From NCBI GenBank assembly GCA_040954595.2, contig CM082576.2:10605129-10669128 (forward strand): a DNA stretch of 64,000 nucleotides, in the 5' to 3' direction. A program made the position numbers and the translations under genes. Every line of letters starts with the position of its first letter. The stretch's first letter is position 1. Source of the DNA: Balanoglossus misakiensis (lineage: Eukaryota > Animalia > Hemichordata). The notes below the pieces were generated by a model. That model worked only from the letters and a program-made list of their open reading frames with translations, was not told the origin of the DNA and made no database searches. Positions 1 to 13,956 of this stretch are shown in pieces.

Positions 1-1164
1 GTAGTGCGTTTGATGATTTATTCACAATGAGGCTGACAAAACCCATAATGGTATTCATCTCCGTAAGTCGGATTGGTATGTTATTGCGAGAAAATCCCCT
101 TAAAGTAGAAAATTGGAAGCATGTGGCATTCAGAGTGATCTGGCCAACTGCTAAGCGGATTGGGTCAGTGATGAAATGCCCCTTAAAATATTAAGTACCA
201 CGAAAAGCACATTGATTAGGGAGGAAAAAAATCCTGCCGCTTGCGATATTACGGCAGTGCTGGCAAATGTCCCTCCCATTTTCATATTTGCACATTTCAC
301 CTTCAGTCTAATATACACCTCTGAGAGTTCAACCCGCTTATGGGGCAGGATGATCCTTACTTTGCAGGTACCCAACGTGGAATTAGATCATATCTTTTTC
401 TCAGTTGCGACATTGTTTGTGTGCTTTATACCCCGCGGGTTAACTCTGCATAATTCATGCCCGCAAAATTCTGATTCTTTGAAATCAGCGAGTTCGCTAC
501 GCGTCCCAACCCTCCGCATCCTTCAGCGCCGGGGACTTCTTTCTAAATTTTTGATGAGCTCGCGACAATGCGACCAAAGCATGCATGCGCTTCCGTGCTG
601 GTTTTAATTTAATCTTTATGGGAAGATCAGCCGAGTATGAAAAGGTACGAGGCAGAGTTAAAAAGCCGTATGAATATTTAATCGGCCACTCTCATATCTT
701 GCACGCATGCTTTAATCCAGCCTAGCAGGTGTGGGATGGGAATGGGGAGAATCGGTAACATGCCGGAACTGGGCCTTATCACGAGCTCTGAACAGGCCAG
801 AAAATTTACCTTTTCATGCATGCATGCATACGCGTTTCAACAATAGATGTTTTCCGCTTGTGTGAGTGACTAACGGGGAGGCAAGTCATAATTCCTCAGT
901 GCTGGGAGGATAAACATTCCCACCGCGGCATAAAATGCAAAAAAAAAAAAAAAAAAAAAAATCATGGCCAAGACTGAAAGTGTTTCCTCGCACAGGTGTG
1001 GCGTGGTGGGACATCGTGCTTTGTGGTGAGAAATATGAAATGCCGTATATTCACTGCATTGCTTGTAAAAGCTCCAGCTAGGTCACTCAGACTGTTTACA
1101 CTAAAGACAGTTACTTTTTTATGATCGTGTCAAGGTTTATACCTCTCTATTATCTGTGCAGGTC

Positions 1165-1231
1165 GGAGAGGGGGCAGAGAGAGACAGAGAGAGAGAGAGA
1201 GAGACAGGCAGGCAGACAGACAGACAGACAC
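1165..1231. repeat. (GA)n/(GACA)n microsatellite
   Basis: Seen directly. Confidence 0.9.
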
Positions 1232-3627
1232 ATTTAACTGCATCTCTCAGGCAAAATCAAACCAATAATCATTTTCATGCTCTAGCAATCGTGTAGCTGA
1301 TAGACAGACGCGGTGGATCAGTGCATAGCTGGGTAAAGATATACGAAGACAGATTGAACGGTTGATCAACATAGCTGGCCAGGTAAATGGATGGATAGCT
1401 ATACACATCACATATAGCTGGACATTACTTGAGAGAAACACAGCTAAAAGCATCACAATAACGAGCTCACACCTTGATGTCAGAATTCCATAGATCAAAC
1501 TTAGAAAGAGAAGTGAAATCAGGCCATTTCTCATATCAGTAAACAATTTTCTGAACAGACTGACGTGTGTGTGCAGTTTCATAAATCAATGACAGAAAAT
1601 TAAAAAAAAAAGTAGAAGCATTCTAAAGCCCGTCTTTGATAGAGCTCTATCAGCTATTAAAAGAGAACAAGTCCTGCGGCAGTATAGCGGTATTGCTTCC
1701 CACTGAGAGGACCTGCATCAAAACTCATTTGTGTCACCTACTGGTTCCCGTTTATGTTGTCATAACAACAGTTAACTGTGGCCACCGAGGGCCGCTTGTC
1801 TGTATCACGACTCTTCTGCTCGAAGAAAAATGTTGCGGCCTTCGCCATCGTGCGCGTACGCGTATACAATTTGTACAGTCGTACGTAGCAGTTTGAACAG
1901 AAACATAAAGTTAAATCCGCGCGGCCCGCTATCATGTCATCCAGCAATAACAGACATTAGATTTGTGTGGCTTGTCTGTCTGCAGATAAAGCAGGGGGTC
2001 GAGGGGTCACGCGAAATGGTAGCCAGAGACGAGGGTAAGCCCGTTAATAAAGCTGATAGCTCGTCATTCATCTTGATGAAAATTCATGTTTTGATGTACC
2101 CCGATAAACCGACGGCATCTATAGTGTTTGCAGCCACTGCCCAGTAGGCAGGCAAAGGTGTCTCCAGAGAGGACGCATCAAGTGACAAAACTTTATTAAG
2201 GAAATCTCCCCATTATGTTGACAAATAGCTCTGTATTGAATAGTTACCAGCTGAACTCAGAAATCACATCAGCTCCCTTCCAGCCGTACATTTTCATTTT
2301 CTCCCCTTTCTTCCTTTAAGAGGATTAAACGTCCAAAATATTGGAATATTTTTTTGAGGAGTCAGCAAATCCCAGGATTATGTTTTTGTCTTGCAGATTA
2401 CTCAGGGAAAGATTAAGTAGAACTCTTCGGGGATTTTAAATGGTGGGGGATGTGTGGGGCTGATAGTTTTTACCGCCGCCTTTCGGATAGGCATTTGTGT
2501 TTACACGCCAAGGAAACATCAACTCATGAAAATATCAATTGAACGGATAATTGATTTTCCGAGGGAAGAAGTGTCCCTTTCTGCGGCATCTATATAGGAT
2601 TGGTTTCCTTCAGTCCCAACGCAGAATATTTCAGGTTGCAAAAATAATAATTATAAAAAAATCAACGACACGAGAGTCATCCCTTCCTCCATAATTGCTA
2701 ATTTGTTTCAACCCCCCCCCCCCGTTGATTCTTAAATGGATCGATCAGGTCTGTACACTGATTTATAGGGGATCTTCTTCCTACATTTGAATGTAATACT
2801 TGTAATGTTATACATAGAAATGCAACTCAGAAAACTTCCAGATGGAAAACTTTTGGCACAGCTGTGATTTTCAACGGGTGCCTGAAAATCCTGCATCTAC
2901 TACTTTGTATGGTGTCACATCCGGAGTAAAAAAAGTTTTGACAACGATGCATGATGCAACACGCGAAGAAGGGCTTCCTGGGTGTCTTGAAGAAAGTTTA
3001 TCCGAAGATGTTGCGAGGTCTCAGAACTTTCCAACTGGGAGACTGAAATTTTACCTCGGGATTAGTATTTTTACAGTCACCATCGTGGTAACATAGAAGA
3101 AATTCATCTCCATCCATGGCAACTGCATTTTTTCTCTTTATTATCCCACTCCGGGGGAAAATCCGCGAATGAGCTAAAGCCAGATTAATAAAATACCGTG
3201 ATGAAACTTAGCATGCCAGTCTGCGTATACTCATTTCAATGGGAAAAGCTGGATTTTATCATATTTGTGAGAAAAATGACGTTAATATTACATTAACAAC
3301 TGCAGATGGAGTGGGAGAGAAAATTACATCTTGCTGGAGGCTGCAATCTGATAATTTTTCTCTGATTCAAGAGAGATGATGCATTTTGATTTTCCCCCCA
3401 AGACACGCGGACAGGATTCATTTCCTGTTGATGTTTTCAAGTGAACATTTGTCTCCATTGTGCCCAGGTACTCTGCACGGAAGGGGATTATAACGTCGTG
3501 GCAAAGTTTCGGTGATCGGATATTTCGGGTTTTGGAGACAACCTCCAGCACCGCGAGTAAACAAAACACAGAGGTTGTCTGTGGATAAATAAATCATTGC
3601 AGAGGGTTGCTTGTGTAATTGCCTCGC

Positions 3628-3823
3628 TTAAAGGTATACGTTCACCTATAGTAATCTAGCTACAGTTACCATGGTATACTTGAGATCTCAGTAGCCAATC
3701 ACGGATTTTTAGTGGGCGGCACACGCGAAAGAAGAGCGCTACCATATGTTTTTTAGAACCCTCCAATACGCCATTTCAGCCATATATGGGCGTATGTAAA
3801 TTGCAGTTGGCGGTATTACTTTT
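3628..3823 (+). mobile_element. Diverged copy of the same TTAA MITE
   Basis: TTAAAGGTATACGTTCACCT...CAGTTACCATGG...CCAATCAC...GGCACACGCGAAA...ATACGCCATTTCA...TATGTAAATTG, collinear with 35186-35367; right TIR degenerate. Confidence 0.8.
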
Positions 3824-5412
3824 CTTTCCACGGCGTCCGGGTGCTGCGTGTAAAAAAACCTCGATGAAATACATCGCGCACGTTGAATAGTGATGGAAAT
3901 TGATTTTGGTGTGGCTGGGATCCCAAATTAATAGATTTATCACACCGCATTTTAAGAGTGGAAGCAAACTGCGGATGGGATAAATATTGCGGTAGCAATG
4001 GGAAGTGATACACGATTGAATCCCTCCCATCAGAGCATTAAAGGTGCAAATTTACAACCTTTCCCCCTACAAAGTGATATATTCTCTATATGCGTTTAAA
4101 TGAGACTAGTGAAACACGATTGGAAGGTAGGCTGACTGACCGTCCTAGTCAAACCTCTCTGAATCAAAGAATCGTCGTCGTTTACAGATCTATAAGGCGC
4201 ATTGGGCTCCGGATGGCGATCAGTTTTGATATTAGAACTATACATCTAACAACAACGAGCAGCTTTGGCATCCAATGTTCTTGTTGCTTTGTCATCTCTC
4301 TCACTTTCTGTGAAATTTGTTTTGACTTAAACTTTTTGAATAATGTAAAAAATGAAAACTGTCCACTGAGAATTCAACGTCTCTCTGTGCCAGGGTCTGT
4401 CGAGACGGACATCAAACCTGATTTCCTGACTGTTGTCGATATTGTTGAAAAGATTTGCGTGGTGCCGTGGCTTACTTGAACTAGTAGGTCATTGTTACAT
4501 GATCGCACTTGAAATATGAACACACCTGCTTATTAACGAAGCTTTCAGAAAAGTGACAACGAACATTGACCCCCCCCCCCACACACACACGTGATTGTCG
4601 TCTCTCTGGCATATAATCGTGTGATCATTATTATCACAAGGAAATATCACGTCTTGCTAAAAAAAAACTCGAATTCAGTATAGTATTTCCCGGCAATTGT
4701 TTTCTCTTGAAGATGCACTTGCTGACCAGTGGCTATGTCATTGTGAAGGAACATGAAGAACATGAAGACCCCCCCCCCCCACCCTTTGGCCAATCACCAC
4801 GGTTACTAAGGAAGTGACTGGCTCTTTTGTCTGCAGGTACGCATGCCTCGTTAAGGTTCAAATTGTTGTAAGGCTGGGCTAATTAGCGACACTATGATAT
4901 GCTGTAAATTGCCTCGAGGATTAAGCCCACTCTTGATTCATTTCCTTTCATCCCCGATGTGAATATCCTAAAGGCATTTTCAATCGCCACTCCTGGAATA
5001 AACAAACACAACCACCTCAAGACAGGTTTCAACCCACTGAAATTTATTTCTGAGGAAAGAAAGTAATCGATGGAGTCTGAAAACGAGTAATGGCGTTTGG
5101 AAGACAAGTGATGGACACATTCTGCATTTACAGGAGCAGTGAATGCAAACTCTGATGTGTGTGTGTGGTGTTAATCGGTTCAGAACAAAAACGACGGACA
5201 AACCACCGAATTATAGATTACACAGTGTTTGAGAGTAAAATGTCAATTGTTGCGTCAATCCAGAGCCTTGCCAATCACAGGGTTATCGTCCTAAGCCCAT
5301 CAACCGACAGGGACACAGTTTGACTGTCAACATATTTGATTGTTAACATGTCGACATCTGTTGGTGTGAATACGACGTCAAACAACAGCTGATGTATTTA
5401 TGTTTTCGACTG

Positions 5413-5592
5413 TCATACACACAGATACAGATATATATATAGATATAGATATGTACACATGTATATACATTTGTGTACATATAATATATATATGCACGTA
5501 TACATACATATATACATACATAAATCTATGTGTGTGTATATATCTTCATATATAGAATATGTAGAATATTTATGTGTATGATAATATGTAGA
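5413..5592. repeat. Low-complexity (TA/CA/TG)-rich tract
   Basis: Seen directly. Confidence 0.85.
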
Positions 5593-8500
5593 AAAGTGCA
5601 AACTATATTGAGTTTGTTACCTTTACGCGTGACGTGTGTGATGAATCAACATCACAGTTCAACAATCAAACAGTGTTAGACGGTAAAAAATTGACATTTG
5701 CATGAGTGTAATGCATGGGCGAAAGGTGGCAACCTTCGGGAGGATGGGGAGGTTCTTTTGTTGTTGGTTTTTTTGTATTCGCTTGAGGGCTGAGCCTCTT
5801 CGAATTCGCAGAAAATAATATAACACATTGAGGATTCCCGGATGACCTAACCATTCCCGTTTCCGACAATGGCCAATATATTAACACTGTGAGCTATGAG
5901 AAGGAACACAATGGCGGAGACACACACGCATACACAGAAAACTGTTTACACGGCGCAATTTCAATAAATATGCATTAAATATTAACTCCGATGAAATGAA
6001 CGTCTTTTCTGGAGTGACAATAATTGACGCGGCTTGTGAGCGGGCTTTGACGCCGATCAATGCGTGGAAGTTATTAATCTTTCAAGAACCTGTTACATTC
6101 CTCCCTGATTCAATCTGCATCCTTCTCCTGGGAGGCATACGCCACTTTTTTTCAAGGAAAGAAGGAAACCTGGATCAGAAGACAGAGGAGGCCGCGTATA
6201 TCTGCTCTAGGTCAGTAACTCGAGATTCTGACATGGAAAAGTTAAAACAAGGGTTGCAATGGGCGGGAGTACAGTTTTAGGGAACATACCGCTAGGATCA
6301 CTTATAAAATGTCTAGATACTGTAGTATATGGACCATGACTTTAGTTCATCACGTTCTTGTTGATATTAAGGGCATGTCAGTCTTACATAAGTTCTCAAT
6401 CATACTGCAATGAAAGAACAAGTTCAGCTTCGCAGCTTCGTGATATGAATAAGGGGATTACTGTCAATCACAGCTTCTGTGTGCGACAACTTACAAACTT
6501 CAAGGACACGACAAGATGGCTGATCGTTAAATGCACTTTTGGAAATTGTATCTGTGTTTTTTTTAAGGTATTATATCTGATTCATTTTTTTAAATAAAAA
6601 ATGTTATTACCAGGGATGGCTGCTTACTCGTCACCCAGTTATGTTTTGAAAGTGATTGCCCCCTCCCCCCCTCGAAAAATAGAAATTATTAAACCACCTA
6701 AGGCACTGAAATGGATAACGGCCATCTTGTTTTGTTTGGGTTTTCACAACAGGTGTTATTTTTGAATTTCGTAACCATTGCTGATTTTAGGTTGCAAACA
6801 TTATTTGTTATCTGGGTCTGACGTTTTCCACCATCATTGCGGGTTGGATTAAAGTTTATTTTTAAGTGAAAAATCTCCATGTTATTTTCTTTGCAATATC
6901 TTAAAGACAGAGAGCAAAATAATAGTGAATTCATATTTAACCAACAGAAGGCTAAAATTAATTAAGCTAATCAGGCATAAGTACAAAATATGTTGTGCTA
7001 ATGGCGCAGGCTAAAATATATTATGCTAATTACCTTCGGAGTTTTTCAATGTGGAACATCGCAATTTATCAAAGATGTCCTTTGGGACACAATCTTTTCG
7101 CAGTTTAAGTCATGTCAAAATAAATTATTTCAAATCAATCATGTGGATACACACAGGAAAAAAAATCACTGCCGTAATAACATTAACCCTGAAAATTGAT
7201 AACCACTTGAAGATTTGTAAATTGAAATCCTGAAGGCCGCAAATTGAAATCTATGGCTCGACACACGCTGGGCCGTGATTTCTACGCCGACTGTGCGTAA
7301 GATAAACGGAATTCGGCGCAGATTTGATGCTGACGCGTATCTCCATCCTCTTTTAGCGATACCCCATCGGTTCTCACCATTGGAAAAGAATCCAGGGCCA
7401 GCACCGGATGGGTGTGACGGGTTCAGCCCAAAAAACCTGTTTCGCAATAACATTTACATAGCCTTTTTTCTGAATTTATTCCTTCCCAATTAATTCTCAG
7501 CAACGGAAATTTATGTGGGAACATTTTTGAGAAAAACGAACCGAAGAAACGCGCAAGATCACGGACGTCACAGGCTGTAATCCTAAAGTGTTTTCTGTTG
7601 CTTAACAACAGGAACAACAATAACATATAATGAAGGATGATTTTCCCCAATATTTCCACATTTCTATTAAAGTAACCCTCCGCCCAATATATAAAAAAGA
7701 TACATAATCACACCTTTGAGAACTCAATTCAGACAATCTATAGAATTTTAGGGGCACTATGCTCAGAGAGATTTTATTTATTCCCTTTCTCTAGCAAAAT
7801 ATCAATCGATCATCCAGAGTGCAAATTTGCTTGTTTTTTTCATGTCACGCCTGTTGATTTACAACGCTGGCTCTGGTGCATTTCATTCTAACAATAAATT
7901 GTCTGAATTGACTAATTAATATTTCAGTCAAATGATAGCGTTTCGTATTCTTTGCTTTAATTGGATTGCCTTTGTCAGATCTTGAATCAATCTGATTGGT
8001 ACTTCAGCTCAGACGCGCAGCAAGAAGCTATTGCTTTTGCAAGGCACAAGGTATTAAAGACGAATTTCACTTTTGTCTGATATGTCCGTACTGTAATAAA
8101 TTTAGAGATAAGTACACTCAGAAATATGCTATTGCAGTCGAATAAACATTAATTTATCAAAATATATAGTTTTTCAATGAATAGACGTGAGAGAGGCATA
8201 CAGACATACATACTACAGACAGACAGACACCAGCTGTTTCGATTGAAGCTCTAAGTTATAAAATCATGTAGTTTAAAAGCCTGCCAGAACGCCCTTTCCG
8301 TCTTCACGTACGAGACCATGTTGAAGGAACCTCTACAAACCGGACACCTTCGTAAACCATATAATACAAAGTTCTCATTCCTTTGGTTTTTGGTTTAGGC
8401 AGGCTTAACCGCATTGCATTAGGGGAATTACTGTGACTGCGTCTATCGCACAACCGTTTACACAACTAAACTTCGGACTTTTACAACTACATGTACTGCA

Positions 8501-10324
8501 AAGTGACCCAACAGCATTCTGGGATAGGTTAATTGTAGTGGTCGAGTGTGAGAGAACTTCGCCCACCCAGAGGTCATTGAAATCAGTGCATTTCCCTTCT
8601 GACCCAATAATTTGCAGTTTGGCATCCTCCAGTGACCTCCTTATTTTTTAGCCTTGAACTAATTAGTCGTGGCCGCAAAAGATTTGACCCGTGTTTATTT
8701 TTCTGCTTCGAACACCGAGAATCCTCCTTTTTTGAAATGACTGAAGGGCTTCTAGTACAACCAACAATAATGCGGTATTCGGCGGAAGGCTGGTATCCCT
8801 ACAGTAGAAATGCAGATAATATATAAACACGCGGTTGTTGATGAATTCATTAAAAATATTTCTGCAGCTGAAGTATGGCTTCTGATTACGACGCGTGGCC
8901 GAATGAAATGGAAATGTGTTGCCTGGCAACCCCGGCTCATAATGACCGATTTCAGGTAACCATTAAAAATAAATACAAAGAGCATGATTAACTGCCCCGT
9001 TTTTTCAGTAAACTGAATCCGCAGTCATCAGACAGGAAGCAAGTTACATGTTGAGAGAAAGAGAGAGAGAGAGACCCCCCCTAAAATCATATTTTTGTAA
9101 ACCTTTTAATACGGGAGAATGGTGTCGCTTTAATAGTTGCACCCGCTCTATCGGCATTGAAGATATCAAAAGAGCGGAACGAACAAAAGAAACGGCGATG
9201 CCACAGATGCGGAAGCAGGCTCTTCACGGCTTTCTATGTAGGGCGATTTGATTTTCCAGATTGCGATTGAAAGGTGAAAACAGACTGTCAGTGCCATCTG
9301 CTTCCTCTCCCTCCATGCCTGTGCGCTGGATCTAATTGGCCGGATGGTACGAACGCATTTAGAGTATTCTGGGATGGTTACGTAACCGGATGATCGATTT
9401 ATAAGATGGCTCAGCGCCTTATACCCCGGCCCCCATTAACCCACAAATTAAACCAACGTGAAAATTATTTTTTTTACCCTGTTCGGTCATTTGTTAATTA
9501 TCCTTTATGCCACGTCTACAAGTGGCATTAGCTTTGGTTTAAGTTGAAATTGGCGAGTTTTGGACGTCTTTCCAAAGGGTAACCCAGACGACGGACAATA
9601 TTTTTTCCAAATATTACTCCCTATTAAAACTGTTTGATCTAGCACTGAGTTTTACTATGTACAAAACCTGTCATGGGTTTTCTATGTGGGAAACATCACC
9701 GCCAAAAAAAACCCCACGTGATATGTTTTAGGTTTTCATCGAGAGGAATGACCTTAGTTGATTGTTTTCCCCCTAAAAGTATTTTAAACAAGCTTATGCG
9801 CATCAATCGCACCAAAAGAATTACATTTACCAAGCCAGTGTCAACAAATGTGAGTGAAGATATTGCATACTAGTACATGCTTACAAATGCGACCGTAGGC
9901 GGCGCGACTCAAGATCACTGGAGAAATGGATCACAGCAAGTTTTGGTTTCCCAGGAAGCAGTTACCAAAGACAAGCAATTTTCACAGCTGGTTGGTACAA
10001 ACCCCTCTCCAAATATCCTCCTGCCCATCCACAGACATCATATGACCCACCCCTAAAATATGTTGTGAACAACTTTGGTTTATTGCGCAGGCGACAGCTT
10101 CTTTAGGTTCAGGACCTATGTCATGTCTGTGTCGGAGCCCTCTATCGGCTGACGAAAGTCCGCACAACATAGTCGACTTTGTTACTTTCTGTCGCACCCC
10201 CCTTTTAATGAGCCTCGCTTTCACAACTGTAACGTATGTTGCTGCTATGTTGCTGTCTATGGTCTATCGACTCTTCAAGAGGTGCGCTTGGGACCTTGCT
10301 CTATGGTACATTTGGGAAATCTCA

Positions 10325-10338
10325 CCACTAGATGGCGC
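10325..10338 (+). promoter_or_regulatory. CTCF-like motif
   Basis: CCACTAGATGGCGC matches the CTCF core CCASYAGRKGGCRS at every position. Confidence 0.4.
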
Positions 10339-10810
10339 TAAACACAACTGGAGTATCGAGGTGATTGAGGCGCATACCACTAGTATAAGCACATAGAGAT
10401 GAGCTTTGATACTTTGTATAGGACAAAAGAAATATAGTGTCTGGGGTTGAAAAATAAGAATGACGAAAAAAGAAATGTGGAAAGAAAATATCTTTATACA
10501 TAACCGTACTACCTAAACAATGATGGTGGTTGTTTTATTCCTTTAGTTTTCAAAAGTTTGTCGATTGTTTGTGTCATACCCGGTTTCGCTATGCGCCCTT
10601 TTATCTCGTGAAATACGAGAAATTTGAGAACTAACATTTATTTCATTTTATGGATAGCCATCAAGCGTTATGCAGATCGCCTTAATTTTCTTGGCTATAT
10701 GCAAAGTTAAAAGGGCTATTAATGCTGCAAATATGTTTAAAATTAAACAATAAGCCTTCGCGGGTGCAAGCTCTCGGAATACACGAGACTTCCACTATAA
10801 TCGCACCATA

Positions 10811-10839
10811 GTCACCTGACCTAATATTAGTCACCTGAC
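10811..10839 (+). promoter_or_regulatory. Tandem CLEAR-like E-box pair (GTCACCTGAC x2) upstream of NPC2
   Basis: GTCACCTGAC at 10811-10820 and 10830-10839, about 100 bp before the ATG. Each is one mismatch from the TFEB/MITF CLEAR consensus GTCACGTGAC typical of lysosomal genes. Confidence 0.5.
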
Positions 10840-10932
10840 TATACATGCCGTGACTTCTGCACTCTTCAGACCCGCAGCTCACGAAGACGACGGAGTGAAA
10901 CCCGGCCCAGGGCGCACCTGAAACCAAGTACA

Positions 10933-12820
10933 ATGTGGCTAAAGGCTCTCTTCTTCGCAGTTTTTTGTGTTATTGCTGTGGCTTCCGTTTCGCTGCGACA
11001 GCCAGTTAATTATCATGACTGTGGTAAGTACATGTATTCGGGAAACATCGAGAACATGAACATCTTTCAGAAGTGTTATTCAACCTACATGTGTACTGTA
11101 CTACAAACTTCAGTGGTTATTCCAGCTGGGTGCACGTGTCGCCAGTTTGATTTATGAAGCGCGGAATATCGCTGCTGTCGAAGACGAAAATGTTGCGTGG
11201 AATTGGGAAGGGTGGAACATGCGGCGACGCGACCCACGCCGTTGAGTCATCTATTGAACCAGATCGCTGTGAATGTGGGGCTTTTGTTTCGTTGCACATT
11301 TACACGTAACTGTCGCGGTTCTAAGTAATTTTATTGACAAGGGATCACATTTTAATTTTAAGTTTGGGGATTCCGTATAGAGTATGAACGTTCAGAAAAT
11401 GATGAAACAGAAAAGATCAGGCTGAATTGACCTTTAGGCTTTACGATGAAGAGGTCACTTGTGGCATGATTTTAGGGAGTGGACTGCTTGTAACGATTTT
11501 TATGATTCATTGTTCCAACTGGGATACATGATGGTACTGACAACTTCCTGTTCATACACTTTGGCTAGGAATAGCCCATACCTACAGCTACATTAGCAAA
11601 AGTTTAAAATATTATTTTTTGCACATTCCATGTACTTAAAACTTGCAAATTGCTAGAGCCCACTCGATTTTACTGTAGATATTTACAAATGTAGTCATAA
11701 TCTGTCAGGCAGGTTATAACCACATTGGTCTTAACAGTAGTCTGGGTACTTCAGCAAATCTCTACCATGACACTTGTTTTCCGACTTGCCATGGTTGATG
11801 TCCTGGCAAGAGCCTGTCCGCCCATTCAATCCAATGCTTGCATGCATGGGATGATCCCTCCCCAATACATTAATACTGGTATTTTCTGTATAACCCTATA
11901 TTATCTTGCCCTTTTTCTGCTGAAATATCCTAGGTTCTGTGGCTGGTAAAATTAAGATCGTTGAAGTGGAACCGTGTCCGACGCAGCCGTGTGTGCTGAA
12001 GAAAGGTAGCAGTGTGACAGTTCACATCAGTTTTACTCCGAGTAAGTTGTCCTGCTTTATTTACTTAACCAAGGGAGAGTAATTACAAAGGGAGAGAAAA
12101 AACACAGGAATATCGGAAAACCAAAAGGACCAGGCTGAAGGAAAAAATAAGATTAATAATGCATACTTTGGGACATTGGGAATGAGCCAATAGCTGTCAA
12201 ACCTGAACCATGACAATGTGAAAATTGTTGTTTAAACACAAAATAAGGGCTCACAGATGAGAAATCAACTTTGCAAAATGTATGAAAACAAAACAGTATT
12301 TCTTCTGAACACAGGCCGAGAATTTTGCAAAAAAGAAATATGAGCGTGTGTGTTTCCAGACTGGAAAAAATTGTCAAAATAATATTGATGTGCCTTTGCC
12401 AGGTGAGAATGCAACCGCAGTGAAGACGTCAGTCCACGGAGAAATAGCTGGTTTGGCGATCCCTTTCCCGTTGAATCCTGATGGATGCAAAGACTGTGGC
12501 CTTGCTTGTCCTCTCGCGGCAGGGGAGGATTATGTCTACTCCAAATCAATTGACGTCCTGCAATCCTACCCAGCGGTAAGTTGGGTGTCTGGGCCTTTGT
12601 GTGCATTTAACATTATTGGGGGGGGGGGGGGGGGAGGAGGGATGATTTTCTCAGCAGTGTTAAAGAGATACATGTATACTATTAAGATCCAAGTCGAGAC
12701 ACTACGTATTTTTCGTATTCATTTTTCATGTTATAGATCAAGCTGGTGATCAAGTGGGAACTGCAAGACCAGAATGGCCAAGATCTTGTCTGCATGGAGA
12801 TTCCAGCTCAGATCAGCTAA
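10933..12820 (+). CDS. NPC2: NPC intracellular cholesterol transporter 2 (ML-domain lipid-binding protein), 4 coding exons, 151 aa
   Basis: Manually spliced exons 10933-11023, 11934-12041, 12403-12575 and 12737-12820, all GT-AG, 456 nt in frame. Protein has signal peptide [17 protein letters not shown], then YHDCGS...[27 protein letters not shown]...[28 protein letters not shown]...[32 protein letters not shown], matching NPC2 motifs (PCPTQPC, DGCK..CP, YP.IKLV..W.L.D). Confidence 0.93.
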
Positions 12821-13956
12821 AAAAAGGTGTGGCTTTTGCAAGGAGCCTAACTGATGGTTTACAGTCAGTCACCAGTATTTATTTTTTACATCCCTAACCC
12901 CACCCATCCTCTCTTGCCAGCCAACCTTTGACTAAGTGTTAACTCAGTCTTATTTAATGCCGTTTAATGGTAACTAGATATTTAATTTAAAGAAAGTTCT
13001 CAGGTCTCTGGAAAGGAAAACCAGAGTTTTCAAACTTCAGTCAGAAGTGTAAAAAAATTGTGTTCATGTGAATTTATTATTGAGTACCGTAGTATTATGC
13101 AATTTTGATTTTTTTTTGGGGGGGGGGGGAAAGGGAGTGAAACGATACATTTGTATGGGTTTTTGTAGAGAAACATGGTATTAATTTCTGGATTGAAAAA
13201 CTAAATTCGTTTCTATCAAGTACAGTACAAAGTTTAAATATACAAAACAATGATAAGCTCGTAACTCTTAACAAAATGCAACTCTGGACATGAGAAAATT
13301 GTTTATGATAAATTTATCATATGAATATGCACTCTTTGTAGCAAAAGACTGTCTGACTGAAGTGTTGATGTCTGCAAAAGATGAAATGCACAGGAATCAT
13401 ATATTTTGTATAGTTTACCGTTTTGTTCCATTGCACAAGTTTTCCCACTTTTTGATGTGTGTGATAAAATTGTGCGATTTGGTTAAGTTTGTTTGAAGTA
13501 CATTTCAGATGCTTTGTAGCAAGATGTTTGGCTGAAAAGGATTTGTCTGAAAAAGATTATACACAACAGGGTTCATATATTTATTTGTAGTTTAATTGGT
13601 TTCACTGTACAAGCATTCCCCACTGTTTGATGCGTGTACTTTTTGCTGTCCCATGTATTTCCTGTGGAAACACTCCCAGCGCGTTATTCTAATGAGAGAT
13701 ACACGCACCCACTTTATGCGGAGTTGACGGGAGAAGTGGCGACCACAATGTAGCACATAGCATCGTACGGTATAGCGCCACCAGCGGTTTTATAAGGAAT
13801 ACGAGTACTACAACTAAATTTTCTACACTTTGAGCTTTATTAAAAATTAGGATCGAAGCAATGTTCACCCGCCACCAGTGTGAGTACGTCCACAGTGTCG
13901 AAGATTTTCAACGCTGGCGAATACGACGTGCTGAAGGTCCACGTACATCCTGGTCT

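Noticed and set aside
5097-5120. miR-7-like seed TGGAAGACAAGTGAT
   Set aside because: The 3' half does not match miR-7 and no complementary arm is evident nearby.
151-10400. ORFs of 60-143 aa in the first 10 kb
   Set aside because: No family motifs, no consistent splice chain, composition like non-coding DNA.
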